Origin: Gekko japonicus
Lineage: Eukaryota
DNA length: 64,000 nucleotides
Assembly: GCF_001447785.1 (NCBI RefSeq)
Contig: NW_015175358.1
Span: forward strand, 885,546 to 949,545
Reading direction: 5' to 3'
Shown: positions 21,868-35,100 of the stretch, in pieces
Layout: every line of letters begins with the position of its first letter
Numbering within the stretch: position 1 is the first letter of the stretch
Made by a program: the position numbers and the translations under genes
Notes under the pieces: generated by a model
Databases searched by the model: none
Told to the model about the DNA's origin: nothing
Seen by the model: only the letters and a program-made list of their open reading frames with translations

Positions 21868-22126
21868 TAGGGTTGCCAACACTGGGTTGGAAAATTCCTG
21901 GAGATCGGGCGGGGGGATTCTGGCAGAGGATGGAGTTTGGGGAGGGGATAGAGTTCAGCAGGGATGTTGTCACTTTAGGATTTCCATTTCTCCTAGACAC
22001 TATGGTATATCACAGAGTCCACCCTCTGAAGATGCCATTTCCTCCAAGAGAACAGATATATGTCGTCTTGAGGTCACTTGTAGTTCCTGCAGATCACCAG
22101 GCCCCACCTGGAGGTTGGCAACCCTA
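21868..22126. mobile_element. hAT MITE (TIR TAGGGTTGCCA) upstream of GHRL
   Basis: TIRs at both ends; flanking GGCTTGCA duplication. Confidence 0.85.
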
Positions 22127-25100
22127 GGCTTGCAACCTGAAGCCTATGCTAGCCAGCCTTGTTTGTCTTGTTGATTTATATAGTTTGGTCATCTTATACA
22201 TTTCTGTAAGGTGTACTTCACATACTTTGGGGGAGAAAAGTAACGTAGAAATATCAAACAGATAAAATAGGAATTGGCTCAGAACTCTGAGCCACAGGAA
22301 GCTACCATTAACTCTAACATAGTTTGTTGCACAATATTATTAACATAAAGAGCAAAACTGATGGTTCCCACTTTTTGCTTGCATAGAGCAGCTCTCTGTG
22401 CCCAAAAGAGAAACCAAACTCCTGTTCATTATTGCTCTCGAATATCCATTTCGTTAAATCAGTGGGGCTGAATAATGTTTATTTCTGTGCAAATGCATAC
22501 TGTGATAGTGTTGATTTAGACAGGGGTGAACTGGCCATTTAATTGAACAAAGTCAGAGTCCAGTGGCACCTTTAAGACCAACAAAGTTTTGTTCAAGGTA
22601 TGAGATTTTGTGTGCATGCACACTACTTCAGACCCAATGACTTTAAGACCTGACTTTGTTCTGCTGCTACAGACCAACACGGCTGCCCAGCTGGCCACTT
22701 AACTGACCACCAAAGATCCTGGTAGTACATTGCCCTGGAGAGCTACTGGCAGACAAAAGCCAGTGGAGCCACTGGTGAGGCCTAAGTGGCCCCCACTAGA
22801 GCATGAAGACTGCTCAGCTCCTAGGCCATTTTAACTTCTCAAATCCCCCCTCCCCATTTAATAGATACTTTCCCAGAATGATTTAATAATGAGGTATGGC
22901 CATAGCAGTTGCAAAAATATGCCTTTTTGCTTAGTGTTTTCCCAACAATAAAAGTATTTTGTGTTGTTTGTAGTGTGAACTGTTTTTCTTCTTATCATAC
23001 CTGAAAAGGATAGACATATGGCTGGGCGGACAGAATTCTGCGCTTATGATGGAAACTGGACTGAAAGGTCATGAGTAAACCTGACCCTAATATTTCCTAT
23101 TGTGCTGGTGGTGATTGTGTTGTTAGACATAAAACTCTCTTGAGTAAATGGAGGCTGGTTAGCTGAAAGAATCCTCCTTTGCTATGGTACATATGTATGG
23201 CAAACAACAATCTAAAAATGTTCCAGGGAGTACTGATGATTGAGATAATAGTCCTTGTTTTTATATCCTTATTGACTGTAGAATGTTAGGCTTTTGTGAC
23301 ATCATTTGTGTTTGATATATATAAAGCAAACCAGGCTGATACGAACTTACAATACTGCTTCATACCACTCAGATAAGCGGTCCACCTCACCCAGTAATGT
23401 TTACTCTTAATGGCAGGGGCTTTCCGAGCTGTCACACAAAAATAGTCATCCCCCCAATATTTGGGATCTAAAACCAATTAACAAGATGCCAGGGATTGAG
23501 CCTCCCACCTTCTGCACAAGAAATGCAAGTTCTGTCACTGAGTTGCAGCCCGTCACTCAATTCCTACGTAGGTCTCAGTCCCCACTCTGCCATGGAAGCC
23601 TGCTGGGTGACCTTAGGCCAGTTGCATACACTCATCCTAGCCTACCTCACAGAGCTGTTGTGAGAATAAACAGGAGAGGAGAACCATGTAAGGTGCTTTG
23701 GGTCCCCATTGCATAGAAAGACAGGATATAAGTAAAGTAAAATATAAGGTACAAATAATATGCTAATAGGGTATTTACATTATTTTGAGCACTTCCAAGT
23801 ACCTTGTCATTTCTACAACAGGCCCCTGTTCACCCTGCATTGTAACAGAGGGGGTGCTTAAATTTCCTGATGGTAGTTTTCTTACCTTTTTAAAATAAGT
23901 TTACAGGTTGTTTTTGCTTTAAAACCATTTTATAGAGTGTTACAAGCTACCTTTGTGACCATAATGGTAGAAAGGCAGGATATTCAGAAAAAATTATGGA
24001 TCACTAGCTCTCAAATGTAGAATTCTCATCCTTCCCCAGTGTTGAACCAAGTCCACTGGAACCACAGATGGAGGGCACTAGCCTTCATCAGACATGACAG
24101 TGAGTGATTCAGTAGGGACAGTATCCAATTGTTATATGCAAGCTAGGGATGCTGCAAACTGCACAGTGGGCAAGCACCCTGTGCTCTGCTGTTGCAGCCT
24201 CCTATAGGCCAGATCTCCGCACCTTCCCTCGAACAGCTGTAGAAGGGGGAGCCTGCACAGCCAGACAAGAGGTGTACAGGACACCCAAATGGAGTGTCAG
24301 CAGAGGGGAATCTGACAACCTTGCAGGGAGGTAGGTGCAGCTACCACAGCTGGCCCAAATACCTTCCCAGGCCACAATGGTGGGTCTGGGGGAGGCATGG
24401 GGTTTTTTTTTGCCAGGGCCTTCACTGGCAGCCAAACACCACTTTGAGGAGTTGGCTTCCTGCTTATGACTGGTGAACAGGCTGTAAGCCAACCTGGAAG
24501 GGGTCTCTCAGGTAAATTAAAAACCATTCCATTCTGAGGACAAGTATTCTAAGGCATAGCCACCACCCATCTTTAGCCCCTATCACTGACAAGTGTATCA
24601 GGGTAGCATGGGACACCTATTCAACTTGTCTTTTTTTGGAACTCTGACACTCTTCACTACCTTATCCCCAACTTCCTTGGCTTTGTGGCAGCTCTTGTTC
24701 TTACCACTAGTAATGCTGCCAGTCTGTGACCCATGTGCTCTTTGTAACACCCAGCCTGAACATGGAGTACAAATTAGGGAAAAAATTCCTCCCTTTATCC
24801 TCCCTCCCCCCAACCCCAGAACTCTTATGCTTTATTGTGCTATGGTCGTGAAGGTGAGAGGCTGGCCAGGAAAAAGGAAGAGTTTCCTGCCTGAACACAT
24901 CAGCTCTCCAGCGTCTCAGGCAGACATCTTCCACATCTTTTTAACTGGATACACCGGGGACTGAACCCAGAACCTTTTGCATGACAAGAACATGTTCTCC
25001 CACTAAGCCACAGCTCTCTCCCCTGACCTTATTCCTGTCCCTATACGTCACCTGTTTCATCAGACTTGAGGATCCTAGTGCATACTGGAAAATGAAGTTC

Positions 25101-26080
25101 CTAGCTATTCTAAGAATGATATTTCTGAATATGCACCTAGTATAATGGGAAATCTAATTCGACTGAGCCAGCTGACCTGCTGACTGCATCAAAGCATGAG
25201 GGTAAATTGGGTTGGAGACACTGGGAACTTCTGCTGATATCACTTGGAATGTCATGGGGTTCTGAGCAAAGCCCCCATTACCCTGTGACTCACATTTACT
25301 GGGTCTAGAAGAGAGGGCCACAGCGGTCAGCGGAACGAGAGGAGGCCAAAACGTGATCTCCCACTGCATCAATAACTTTTTTGCCTTCTGTTTTTCTTCA
25401 CATATACTGTGAAAATTTACAGAATAAACACTTCACCCTTCATTCCAAATTGTTCAACCAAGACTTTTAAAGGATTCAGTGCAATTTTCATTTAAACCAA
25501 GAACTGTACACAACAGTGGCTTAACAAGTTTATTAACTTTGGAGGTCTGATTTTGCATTTATATTTTCAACCATGCACATAAAAGGAAGCTCAAGACAAA
25601 AGGTAGCCTCCTTTATGGACAGCCTCCATCTCACCTTCTTAGTCTCACATTATTTTCTATTAAATATTAGAATGTAGTGGTTTCCTTTTTTGCTGAATGG
25701 AAAAATGTGACTAGGCTTTAAATGTCAGACACTGTATAAAGAAAAGCAAATCATTCTGAAGAAGTATCGAGCCACAGGATTTTAACTTCTCTGAACCTGG
25801 AGGAGTTAAAGACACTGAATTAAAATGAAAATATTCTCACTCAAAGGAATGATACACCAAGCATTGCTTTTGGTGCCATTTGCCTTTAATTTTACAAAAT
25901 GTCAAGGCTAAGGATGAATACCAAGGCATATAATTTTACCAAAAAGAGCTACAGAATGTTCAACATAACATACATTTTTATTATTATTCCAGGTTTACTC
26001 AACTGCTTTAATAAGAAAAGTAGTAAAAATCATGTTTATTTTCTTGTATGGATAATTCCAGGGTGTTGTTAACCAGCTTG

Positions 26081-26191
26081 TCACTGTTCATTCTGTTGTC
26101 CCTCTGTAATAGCAGATACTGCTCCTTGGCCCTTGTTAACATCGCTGATGCATGCCCACTGTCCATCTACAGATTCCTTCCACAATGTTAC
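26081..26191 (-). CDS. SEC13: SEC13 exon 9 ([12 protein letters not shown]...EGQQNEQ*)
   Basis: 111 nt, cag acceptor, TGA at 26083-26081; AATAAA candidates at ~26040 and ~25534. Confidence 0.96.
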   Translation of the reverse strand, partial: VTLWKESVDGQWACISDVNKGQGAVSAITEGQQNEQ

Positions 26192-29100
26192 CTGGAAGAA
26201 ACGAAGACAGAATGGGAATGTTTAGTTTTGCCTAGGTTCCTTCCTGTTGGAATCCACTGTACACAGCAACAGAGATCTTCATCTAGAAAAGCCTTCCTTG
26301 ATAACAGTTTTGAATACTAGAGCCCCAGGTTTCCTAGAGCAGCAACTACACTTCAGTAAACACAGTGGGTTTGATCCAGATTAAACTTTATGCTAACCAA
26401 AAGAACCACTCTGTCTCCTTCTTGTTGCCCCACTGATTTTCTCAAAAGGCTGTTTCTGGGCAATAGGGAACCCTCAGGAATGGTATAAGGGGCAAATTGG
26501 AAGGAGCAATTGGTGGAAATCACTCCTCCCCTTCAATTAGTGGCATTCTGACTTTACTGTCCATTAATTTCATTTGATTACATCAGTCTTTCATATCCTA
26601 AAGTACATTTGACGAGGCAGATTTGCAACGGTCCTTTTTGCCTCAGTTCCGGTTCTGTCTGGTTCCCCTCACTCCACTAACTTCACTTCTCTCTGCCCTG
26701 CTGGTGTCTTTGGTTGCTATAGCAACCCGACATGCTTCCTGAATTCCAGGTTCATTTTTTCATGATGTCATGCACAACCATCACTGGGTCCATTTTGGGG
26801 AGGGGTTCCCCCCCCCATTTATTAAAAAAAAAATTCTAATACATTTTCCTGCAAACCTTGGGGTTCCCCAGGGTTTGCAGAAACCTCTATCTCAGTTTTG
26901 TGCGGCCAGGTGGGCAGATTTTTAAAATCTTCATGGGAGTTACTCATCACTATTAGACATGCAGGTGTTAAATGACTTTCCTCATTTATTTAACCTAAAA
27001 CCATAAGTTTCTAGTCTTGCTTGCTGAATGATTTATAGGATGTCAAAAACTTTGGGGCAAGCATTCAGAGCCTATTACAATGGCTGCTTGCGTCAAGAAG
27101 ATGACAAGATGTATTGTATGCTGAAGACCAATTATTCTAGAGATGGTGAAAGTATAAGTTGAGACACAGTTCCTGCACAACCATGAAACTTAGAAGCTGC
27201 TACTAGCAGGCTTAGTCAGGAAAGATGCCCCTCTCCACTTCTGCACCATGCCTTAATTTAAAGATGGCTTGACCAATACACATTTTTGTATGCTAGCCAA
27301 TAGAGAGTATTTTTGGTAATTACTGTGCTTTGTAATTACAAGTGTTGCAAGCTACCTGCAAGCTCATGTAGACATTCTCAGGCTGGTTTGCACACTTTTC
27401 CAGGTCTCTGATACACTTTTACACACACTAGAGACAACAGCTCAACCTTTGTGAGAAGAGAGGTGTCTATTCTCAGAAACTGTAGTCTTAATTTGATAGC
27501 AGGGAAGTCTTGTTCAATGAATACCAGTGAACTTGTTCCAGCCGAAATATTCGGAACAAGATAATCAATTAACAGCCTCTTCCACCTGTCAGCTTAACAA
27601 ATAGCCACCTGACTGAAAAAGTAAGATTTAAACTGCCTGGATACTCACTTTGTTGTCTCCTCCTGACACTGCTAGGATATTTGCAGTGATCGACCAGCTA
27701 ACATGCCAAACGACATCATTGAACTTATGCAGCAATTTGGGTGACCATGAGTTTCCAGAGGCATCGTCACACATCCAGATAAACACTCTGCCATCCTAGG
27801 ACAAAGCAAGCAAAACTTCAAGGACAAACAGAAACTCACACGTTTAGGACCACGTGAGGCAAGAAGATGATCTTGCTGGTTCCTTACAAGGGAATTCTGG
27901 CGCAATATCTCAAGACACACATGGAACCAATTCAGACGGTTATTTCAAGCCAGCACTTCCTGATACATAAGCACTCTGTATATGCTTCTAGGAGGCAAAT
28001 TAGGCATAATTGCTAGACCAGAGTGTTTTGCACTACAAGTGCTGAGATCACATCTGAAGGCACCCCCACTCCAAAGATTCCCTGAACACGGATAGTTAGT
28101 ACATCATGGAGAAGGCTAAGGTTAAAACCTTATCTTCAATATGTTTGCTCTCCACATGCAGGGGGATCCTGATACATCACAGAGTATTCAAATTAGCAAC
28201 ATGCACTGCATTCTGGTGGCAGAGATCATGTGGTATTTCTGTAGGTTTCAGTTGCACTTAAACAAAATACAGTGCCAAGCTGCTGAAAACTAGCTTGCTG
28301 AAAGCACACAGTGTTACAATTGTGCTAGGGCCAGTACTAAGGCAGAAAACTGGATCATATGTTCACTTATGGTTACTGTTTAGCGATCCAGATATTTGGT
28401 TATACATTTTAAGAAGTGGTCTGACAGAGATGGGTTTGGGCTACCCCTGAACACTTTTTAAAAATGTTTCTGCAAAAACAGAATGCTGCTGCTCACCTGC
28501 TCAATATCAGTACGCCAATATTCAGTCCACCTGTGGCTGCTGCCCTAGCTACCTGTTGGTTTTCACGAACAATTCAAAACTAACTCGATCCCTTTGTGGC
28601 TGACGCCATGCAAATCTCAGAGCCAGACTTTACTGACATAAGCCGCTAAGACAGACTCCAGAGATTCTGTTCAAAGCCCCTTTGCTAAAGAGATCAGGAC
28701 TGAATAAAGTCCTTATCATGATGGCCTGGAAATATTCAGAAAACCACATAAAGATATCTGTTGAGGTACCTTAAAATGGGAACATTTTGGAATGAATACT
28801 TTTAGGGTATTGAGATTTTTTGTACCAGTACGATGTTTTGATTTCTAAGCTTCCTCGAATTTTCACAGCTATAGCAGGGTACACATATTCCAATATATAT
28901 ACGAAATCTGATGAAAATAAATGGCATTTAATTGTTTCAATTGCATGTGTTTAAACATGAGTTAAACATTAAGCGTTGAACCTTACCTGGGAGCAGCTGG
29001 CAATAGTGCTTGTTGGCAAGCCTATGGAGGGGGCCCAGGCGACATCTCTGACCCAGTCACTGTGAGCTTCTAGTTTTTGTTCTTCTTTCCACTGGCCATC

Positions 29101-32100
29101 CTCTTCTCTGACAAGATCGGGGGGGGGGGAGAATGCAAATTGAGATATTGCAACACAAACAAAAGCATCTGTCCACACAGTGGGATTTCCCCAGAGTTCA
29201 TCTCCAACTTTCTCAAACCGGAGTGTACCGTTTGGTGATCCTGCAAAGAGTCTTTACAGAGCGAGCAGACTAAGCTCAGGGTAGAGCTGGGAGCATGGAA
29301 GTGGCACTACAAAGAACATGTGCATATTTATTCATTGAGCTTTTCTCCTGCTTTGATGCTGAAAGTAACTCACGGCAGTTCATGAGACACGGAAAGCCAT
29401 AAAAGACAACGACCACCAACTAAAATCATCTGCGATGGCAGCACGTGAAAGCTTCTGTAAAAGCTCATGCTTCGCCACCAGCCTCTTAAAAAGTGGAGTA
29501 GAAATGCAAGCCTCTAAAGCAGGGGTGTCAAACATAAGGCCCGGGAGCCAGATTGTGCCGGCTTCAGCAAGGCAGAACAACCTTGCCTGCAGCAGTCAAG
29601 CATCGTGGGAGCATCTGCCCAGCACTGCACTGCTGCCTCTCCGGTCTGCCTATATGGGTTTTCCTCTGCACCCCCAGCCCGTGGGGCCTGCAGGGAGGAC
29701 ACACTAAATCGCCGCTTACCATCTGCTGTGCTTTATACAGTTGCTCTCTCTGGTACCTGGCATTACATTTTATGGCACACATGGCCCGGCCTGACAAAGT
29801 GACATTTATGTCAGATCCTGTCCTCGTAACAAGTGAGTTTGATACCTCTGCTCTAAAGGGAACTTTACAGTATTGGAGTGACTACTGAAAAGGCCTTGCA
29901 CATGCCAATTTAAGTGAGGCCTCAGACAGATGTAAAGAGATGGGAGAGTCTGTATAGGAGTAGATGATTCTCAACGTACTCTGGTCCCAGACTCTTTAGG
30001 ACATTAAAGGTCAAACCAATATCTATGAACAGAACAACCACGGTGTTGTGGTTAGAGCACTGGACTAAGATCTAGGTGACCCAGGACTGAATCGCCTTTC
30101 TCCAGTGGAAGCTCACTGGGTGACCCTGGGCTAGTCACTTGCTCTTAGCCTAATCTACCTCACAGATTGTGATGGATATAACGGAGAAGGGGGAAAAATT
30201 ACTTTAGGGTTCCCATTGTGGAGAAAAGTAGGGTAGGTATAAATATATAAATAAATAAATCCAGAAACTTATCAGAAAATAACATTTTTGGAGTACAGAA
30301 GTTATGTGCACTCTTCTGCTCATGCTCGAAAACAGAAGGGAAGCAGCATTTTAAAGTAACTGAAAAGTTTCCACAGTTACTCATTTGGCCCACCCTTCTG
30401 CTGGGAGCTCAGTTTGGCATAACATCTGTTTTATGTAAGCTGCCCTGAGCCGGCTCTGGCAGGGAGGGCGGGGTAAAAAAAAGTGCAAATAAATAAATAA
30501 ATAACATATTCTGAAGTGGCTTGGAGGAGTCTCCGAACACAACAGAAAGGCAGGGCACTATGCAGGGGATTAGAGGCGTGGATGTCAACCAGTGTTCCCT
30601 CTAAGGTGAGTTAGTGTGAGCTAGCTCACAGCTTTTTAGCCTCCAGTTCACAGATTCTTGCCTTAGCTCAGGAGGGGATGGCTCCAGAACAAAGTAGTTT
30701 ACGCTGTAGCCAAATGACTCGCTCACAACTTTAATGCCAGTAGCTCACAAAGCAGAATTTTTGCTCACAAGACTTCACAGTTTAGAGGGAACATTGATGT
30801 TAACTGCATGCATCACTTGGCCACGATCATAATGGGGGGGAAAGATGAAGGATGGAGAAAATAAGACCAAGTACGGAAAAATCAACTGATAGTTTCTAAA
30901 AATGACCTGATAATTCTGAGGGTGAAAGGTTGAAAATGAGATAAGCACAGAAATATTCTCATCTGTTTTACAAGAAGTTGTCAGTTCCAAGACAACTTAC
31001 TTCCAAATCTTGATAAGGTTGTCACAGCCTCCTGATGCAAAGCGTTTGATGTAGTTTGGCTTCTGGCCTGATGGTTGCTCTAGAAGGCTTCCTGGTACAA
31101 CTGCGGGGGCCCAGCTAACAGCATTGCAACCAATCTATTAAAGGTGAGAAATTTATACTATTTCCTTCAATTCACAGCCAAAGCAACCACACAAGCATCA
31201 TGCCCATCCATTGAAACAGCTGCCTGAAAACTGTTTTTTCCTCTGAATGGTCTCTTAATCCAAAACAGCAGCATACATTTATATAGTACATATCATGGAT
31301 AACCACAAAGGCTGGAGAAAATGTTATTTGTTAAGAACAGCAGAGAAAATCCTGAGCCCCTGAGCACTTGTCCTGATCCTTTAAAGCTAGGATGCCCGGG
31401 TCATTCCATGCTGCTCTTGCAGTCACAGTTAGGGAGCCTTTAACAACAGGGAAGAGTGAGAGAACGCATACAGCTGTCATAGCTCTGCACAGCTGCAAAC
31501 TACAGAAATACCCAAGGTGCCACCTAGTTTTCTGGTTTTAAAGGACATAACAGATAAGCACACCCTTGACTGGCTTGTGCCACTTTATGCGTGGTACACA
31601 TCCACACGTAATTTCTGCCCTCCTGGAGGTATTTTGTTAACAGTAGGCTTGAAGTCAGATAACACTTGCATGCAGAGACATACCTGAGAGTAATTAAGGC
31701 TCTAAATCAACAAATCTAAGATGTCCATGTTATTTTCTGTGAACATATGAAATTGCCTTACACTGCATCACTAGTGATCTACTGAACCTGGTTCTGCATT
31801 CTCTGGCTGGCAATGCCTCTCCATGGTCTCTCAGTCTTATAATCCCCCTTATGCAGAGATGCTGGGGACTGAACACAGAACCTTACACATGCAAAAGTGC
31901 ATGTCCCAGAACTAAACTACGTAGCCTCCTAATATAGTGGCCAACATATTCTGTTCTTGGATCTTAGAGCCCATAGCTACTATGCATGACACTCAGGCAG
32001 CTTTCTGCCTTAACTCTGGACTTTAGATTAGCAAAATCAGCATGGAATCTCTCCCTTATAATAAAGCTGTAAGACGCAAACTCACGCAAACTCACACCAA

Positions 32101-35100
32101 CAGTGTTTGGACGGCTCGGCTGCCCGTCACCGGCTCGCCCACCTCCCATTGGCCACGCCGTCTGGATCCCACCCCAGACGCAGCGTCACGTTCCCGGGGG
32201 CTGGAGGCGACCGGCCTAAGAGCGGCGCCTGCGGAGGATGGTCCCGGGGGCTGGAGGTGACGGGCGCCTGCACCGGCCGGTGGCCTCAGACCGGCGGCGT
32301 CACGGCTGAGAGGGAAGCACACAGAGAGGGAGGAGCCGAGCGCCCGCCGCGGCACAGGCAAGTCCCGCGAGTGGCTGGGTCCGCCGGAGGGGGCAAGGAG
32401 ACCGCGCGGGAACAGTGACGGGCGCAGGCCGCCTGCGTCACGGTGAGAGGGGAAGGAGGCGAGACGGGAAGCAGGCAGGGGGGGGCGCCTAGCCGCCCGT
32501 TGCATTGCCCTCCGCAATGGGCCTTCCTCCCTAGTGTCCATATACTTACTGTGTGTGCATTGCCAATTTTTTTCACTTCCCACTGTCCATCACCAGTGTA
32601 GTTCAACAGAGAGATGGCCCCATCCGAGCTTCCACAAGCCAGGATCAATCCGTAGTCTTGTGGTGCCCAACACACAGAATTGACTGCCAGACAATAAAGA
32701 AATGGAATGATTATACAGATCAGTTGGAAATCCAGGGGGGAAACAAGTGCTCCCTGGTCTTATAGATATGTGTGAATGTGACAAATGTAGCCAAAAATGG
32801 CATATGGGGCTCTGCAAAACAGGACAAACACTGTCCAGTTATGCTGCCTGGCCACTGAAAAGCTATTTTAAAAGACTTTGCAGAAAGAACCCACAAGTGT
32901 GTGTGTGAGATGACCCATACACTTTTATGGCAGTATACAGTTTGTTATCTTCAGTGCTGCTTTATCATGAGCAGCTGATTCATGTGATACCACTATTCTG
33001 CATCTGCAAACACCAGTGGTGAAGGCAACATAGTTGGCTTGAAACAGCAAGGAAACATCACAGAGGGTAAACTCAAAGTGGTGGTGCAGCCACTTGGGGA
33101 AAAGGCAGAAGGTGATTTGATGCCAAGTGCAACTGTTATGAAAAAATCACTCTACCTAGATTTCCAATCCTGTCTACCTGCTTGAGTCACTCCAGTCTTC
33201 CTGAAGCAGTTATTTGTTTACACAGCGATTAGGATTAGATGTGCAATAAAGGAAATGAAAGAAGGACTGTGGGTGTTCCCCATGCTAGGTAAAAGCTTTA
33301 TTTTTAACAGGAACAGAGTTTTCTGTACCAGTTTCAGGCTGCAGGTGGGGGGGAAAGAACTCTGAACTAAGTTTTTGGCTGGCCAGGATAAAACCCCTTT
33401 CACATATTTATCTCTCACAGAATCATGCCACATAAGACTTCAGAATGGCCACAGAACTGGATACTGGAAACTCCACTCCTTTCATACGTTGTTAAACTAC
33501 ACTATACTACGGAATGGGAAAGCGGTACTAAGTTCAGCTATTTCTGAAAGAATAACCTTGAGGAACATGAAATAGCTTGTGCAACAGAGAAGGGTCTAGA
33601 AAGAGAAAGTAGTTATGTATTTACCCCCCCTCAAACCATATTGTGACCAGGTAGACCCCTAATGACTACATGGCCTGTAGTTGAGATGTGGGCCATGGCA
33701 GGGGAGTAAACCTGGAGGTGAAGACATACACTGTTACATACACAGGGAAGTGCAGGAACCAAACCAAAATTCAAGAGCCTAACAATAAGATCTACAATCA
33801 GAACAGTTCAAGCAAGGTGCAGCCTAGCATTAAACGTAAAAGGACACAGGGGTCACGCGACAGAAACCCAGTATGCTCATTAAAGAACCTGAAAGCTTGT
33901 GACCACTACAGCTGCATAAATTTTAAATCAGCTTGTAATTATTACAAGCTCAGTCTACAGAGAAGTGTAATACTGTGGTCCCAGTATTACAAGAAGAACA
34001 TCCATACCTGAAGAATCATGCCCTGTGTATTCATATGTCTTTTCCCAGGTACCATTTTCTTCCTTCCAGATGATAACCTTCCGGTCATAGGAACAGGAGG
34101 CCAGGATGTTTCCATACATGGGATGAGCCCAGGCAACCTGCCACACTGGCCCTTCATGCCTACAATAAATAAATAATGCAGGTTTTAAGAAAGAACGTAT
34201 TTGCATGCCAAGATGTTTCATTTTTGGTTATTATATGTCATAGCATTTTGAAGCTGTTGACAACTGTACAAATATTTAAGGCTATAGATACAAACAAATC
34301 TCAATGAGAAAGCCCAGGAGCAACAGACAGTACCCATGTTGCAGTGGCAGACACTTGCCCCCTGAACAGACTTGCTAGTATATTTATTTTGACTGATGGC
34401 CCACCCTTCAGATCAGATACTCATTAAGTACAAATTAAAGAGACAGATTTTTTTTTTTAATCCACACACGACAACAAAGGACAGCATGCACAGACTTACA
34501 AAATTATCAACCGGATAAATCAAAGCCAGCCCCCACACTCAAAAGATGGATGTCCCATCTGGTCTCTTCTAGAGCTCTGCATTCTACAGTCAGGGAACCT
34601 TTGCTCCTTGTGGCTACAGTTCCACAGTGAGTGACTACACAATGGAGGACTAACCAACAGGGGTCACTTCCTGCAGGAGCGCACAGGAGCGGAGCTCCGG
34701 CAGTGAAGAACCCGGGGGCGGGCACATGCAACAAGCTCCACCCCCTGCTCCCAGCAGCCATCAGTCAGAGCAAGAAGCAGCCAGGTAAGCTGCAGAGCCT
34801 CCCCCGGCCCAAAACAGTCCAGTGGCACCTTTCAGAAGAAGTTTTATTCAGGTACAAGCTCTCCCTCCTCTGGGAGGACAGATCTGCACATCCCCCCCCC
34901 CATAGCTAGCAATCCAAAACAGTCCAGTGGAGACTGAGTGCTGGGTGTTGGTGTCTGACACACTTCCGGTAATGTCAGGGGGTGTGGCATATACAAATAA
35001 GTTATGCTAATGAGTTATGCTAATGAGCTCCTGCACCTCTTTTTCTACGAAATGACCCCTGCTAACCAATATGCAATTTCTAGGCACACTCATAAGGCAA

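Noticed and set aside
32092-32583. Long GC-rich ORFs
   Set aside because: Stop-poor by composition; lie inside the Helitron and SEC13 intron 5.
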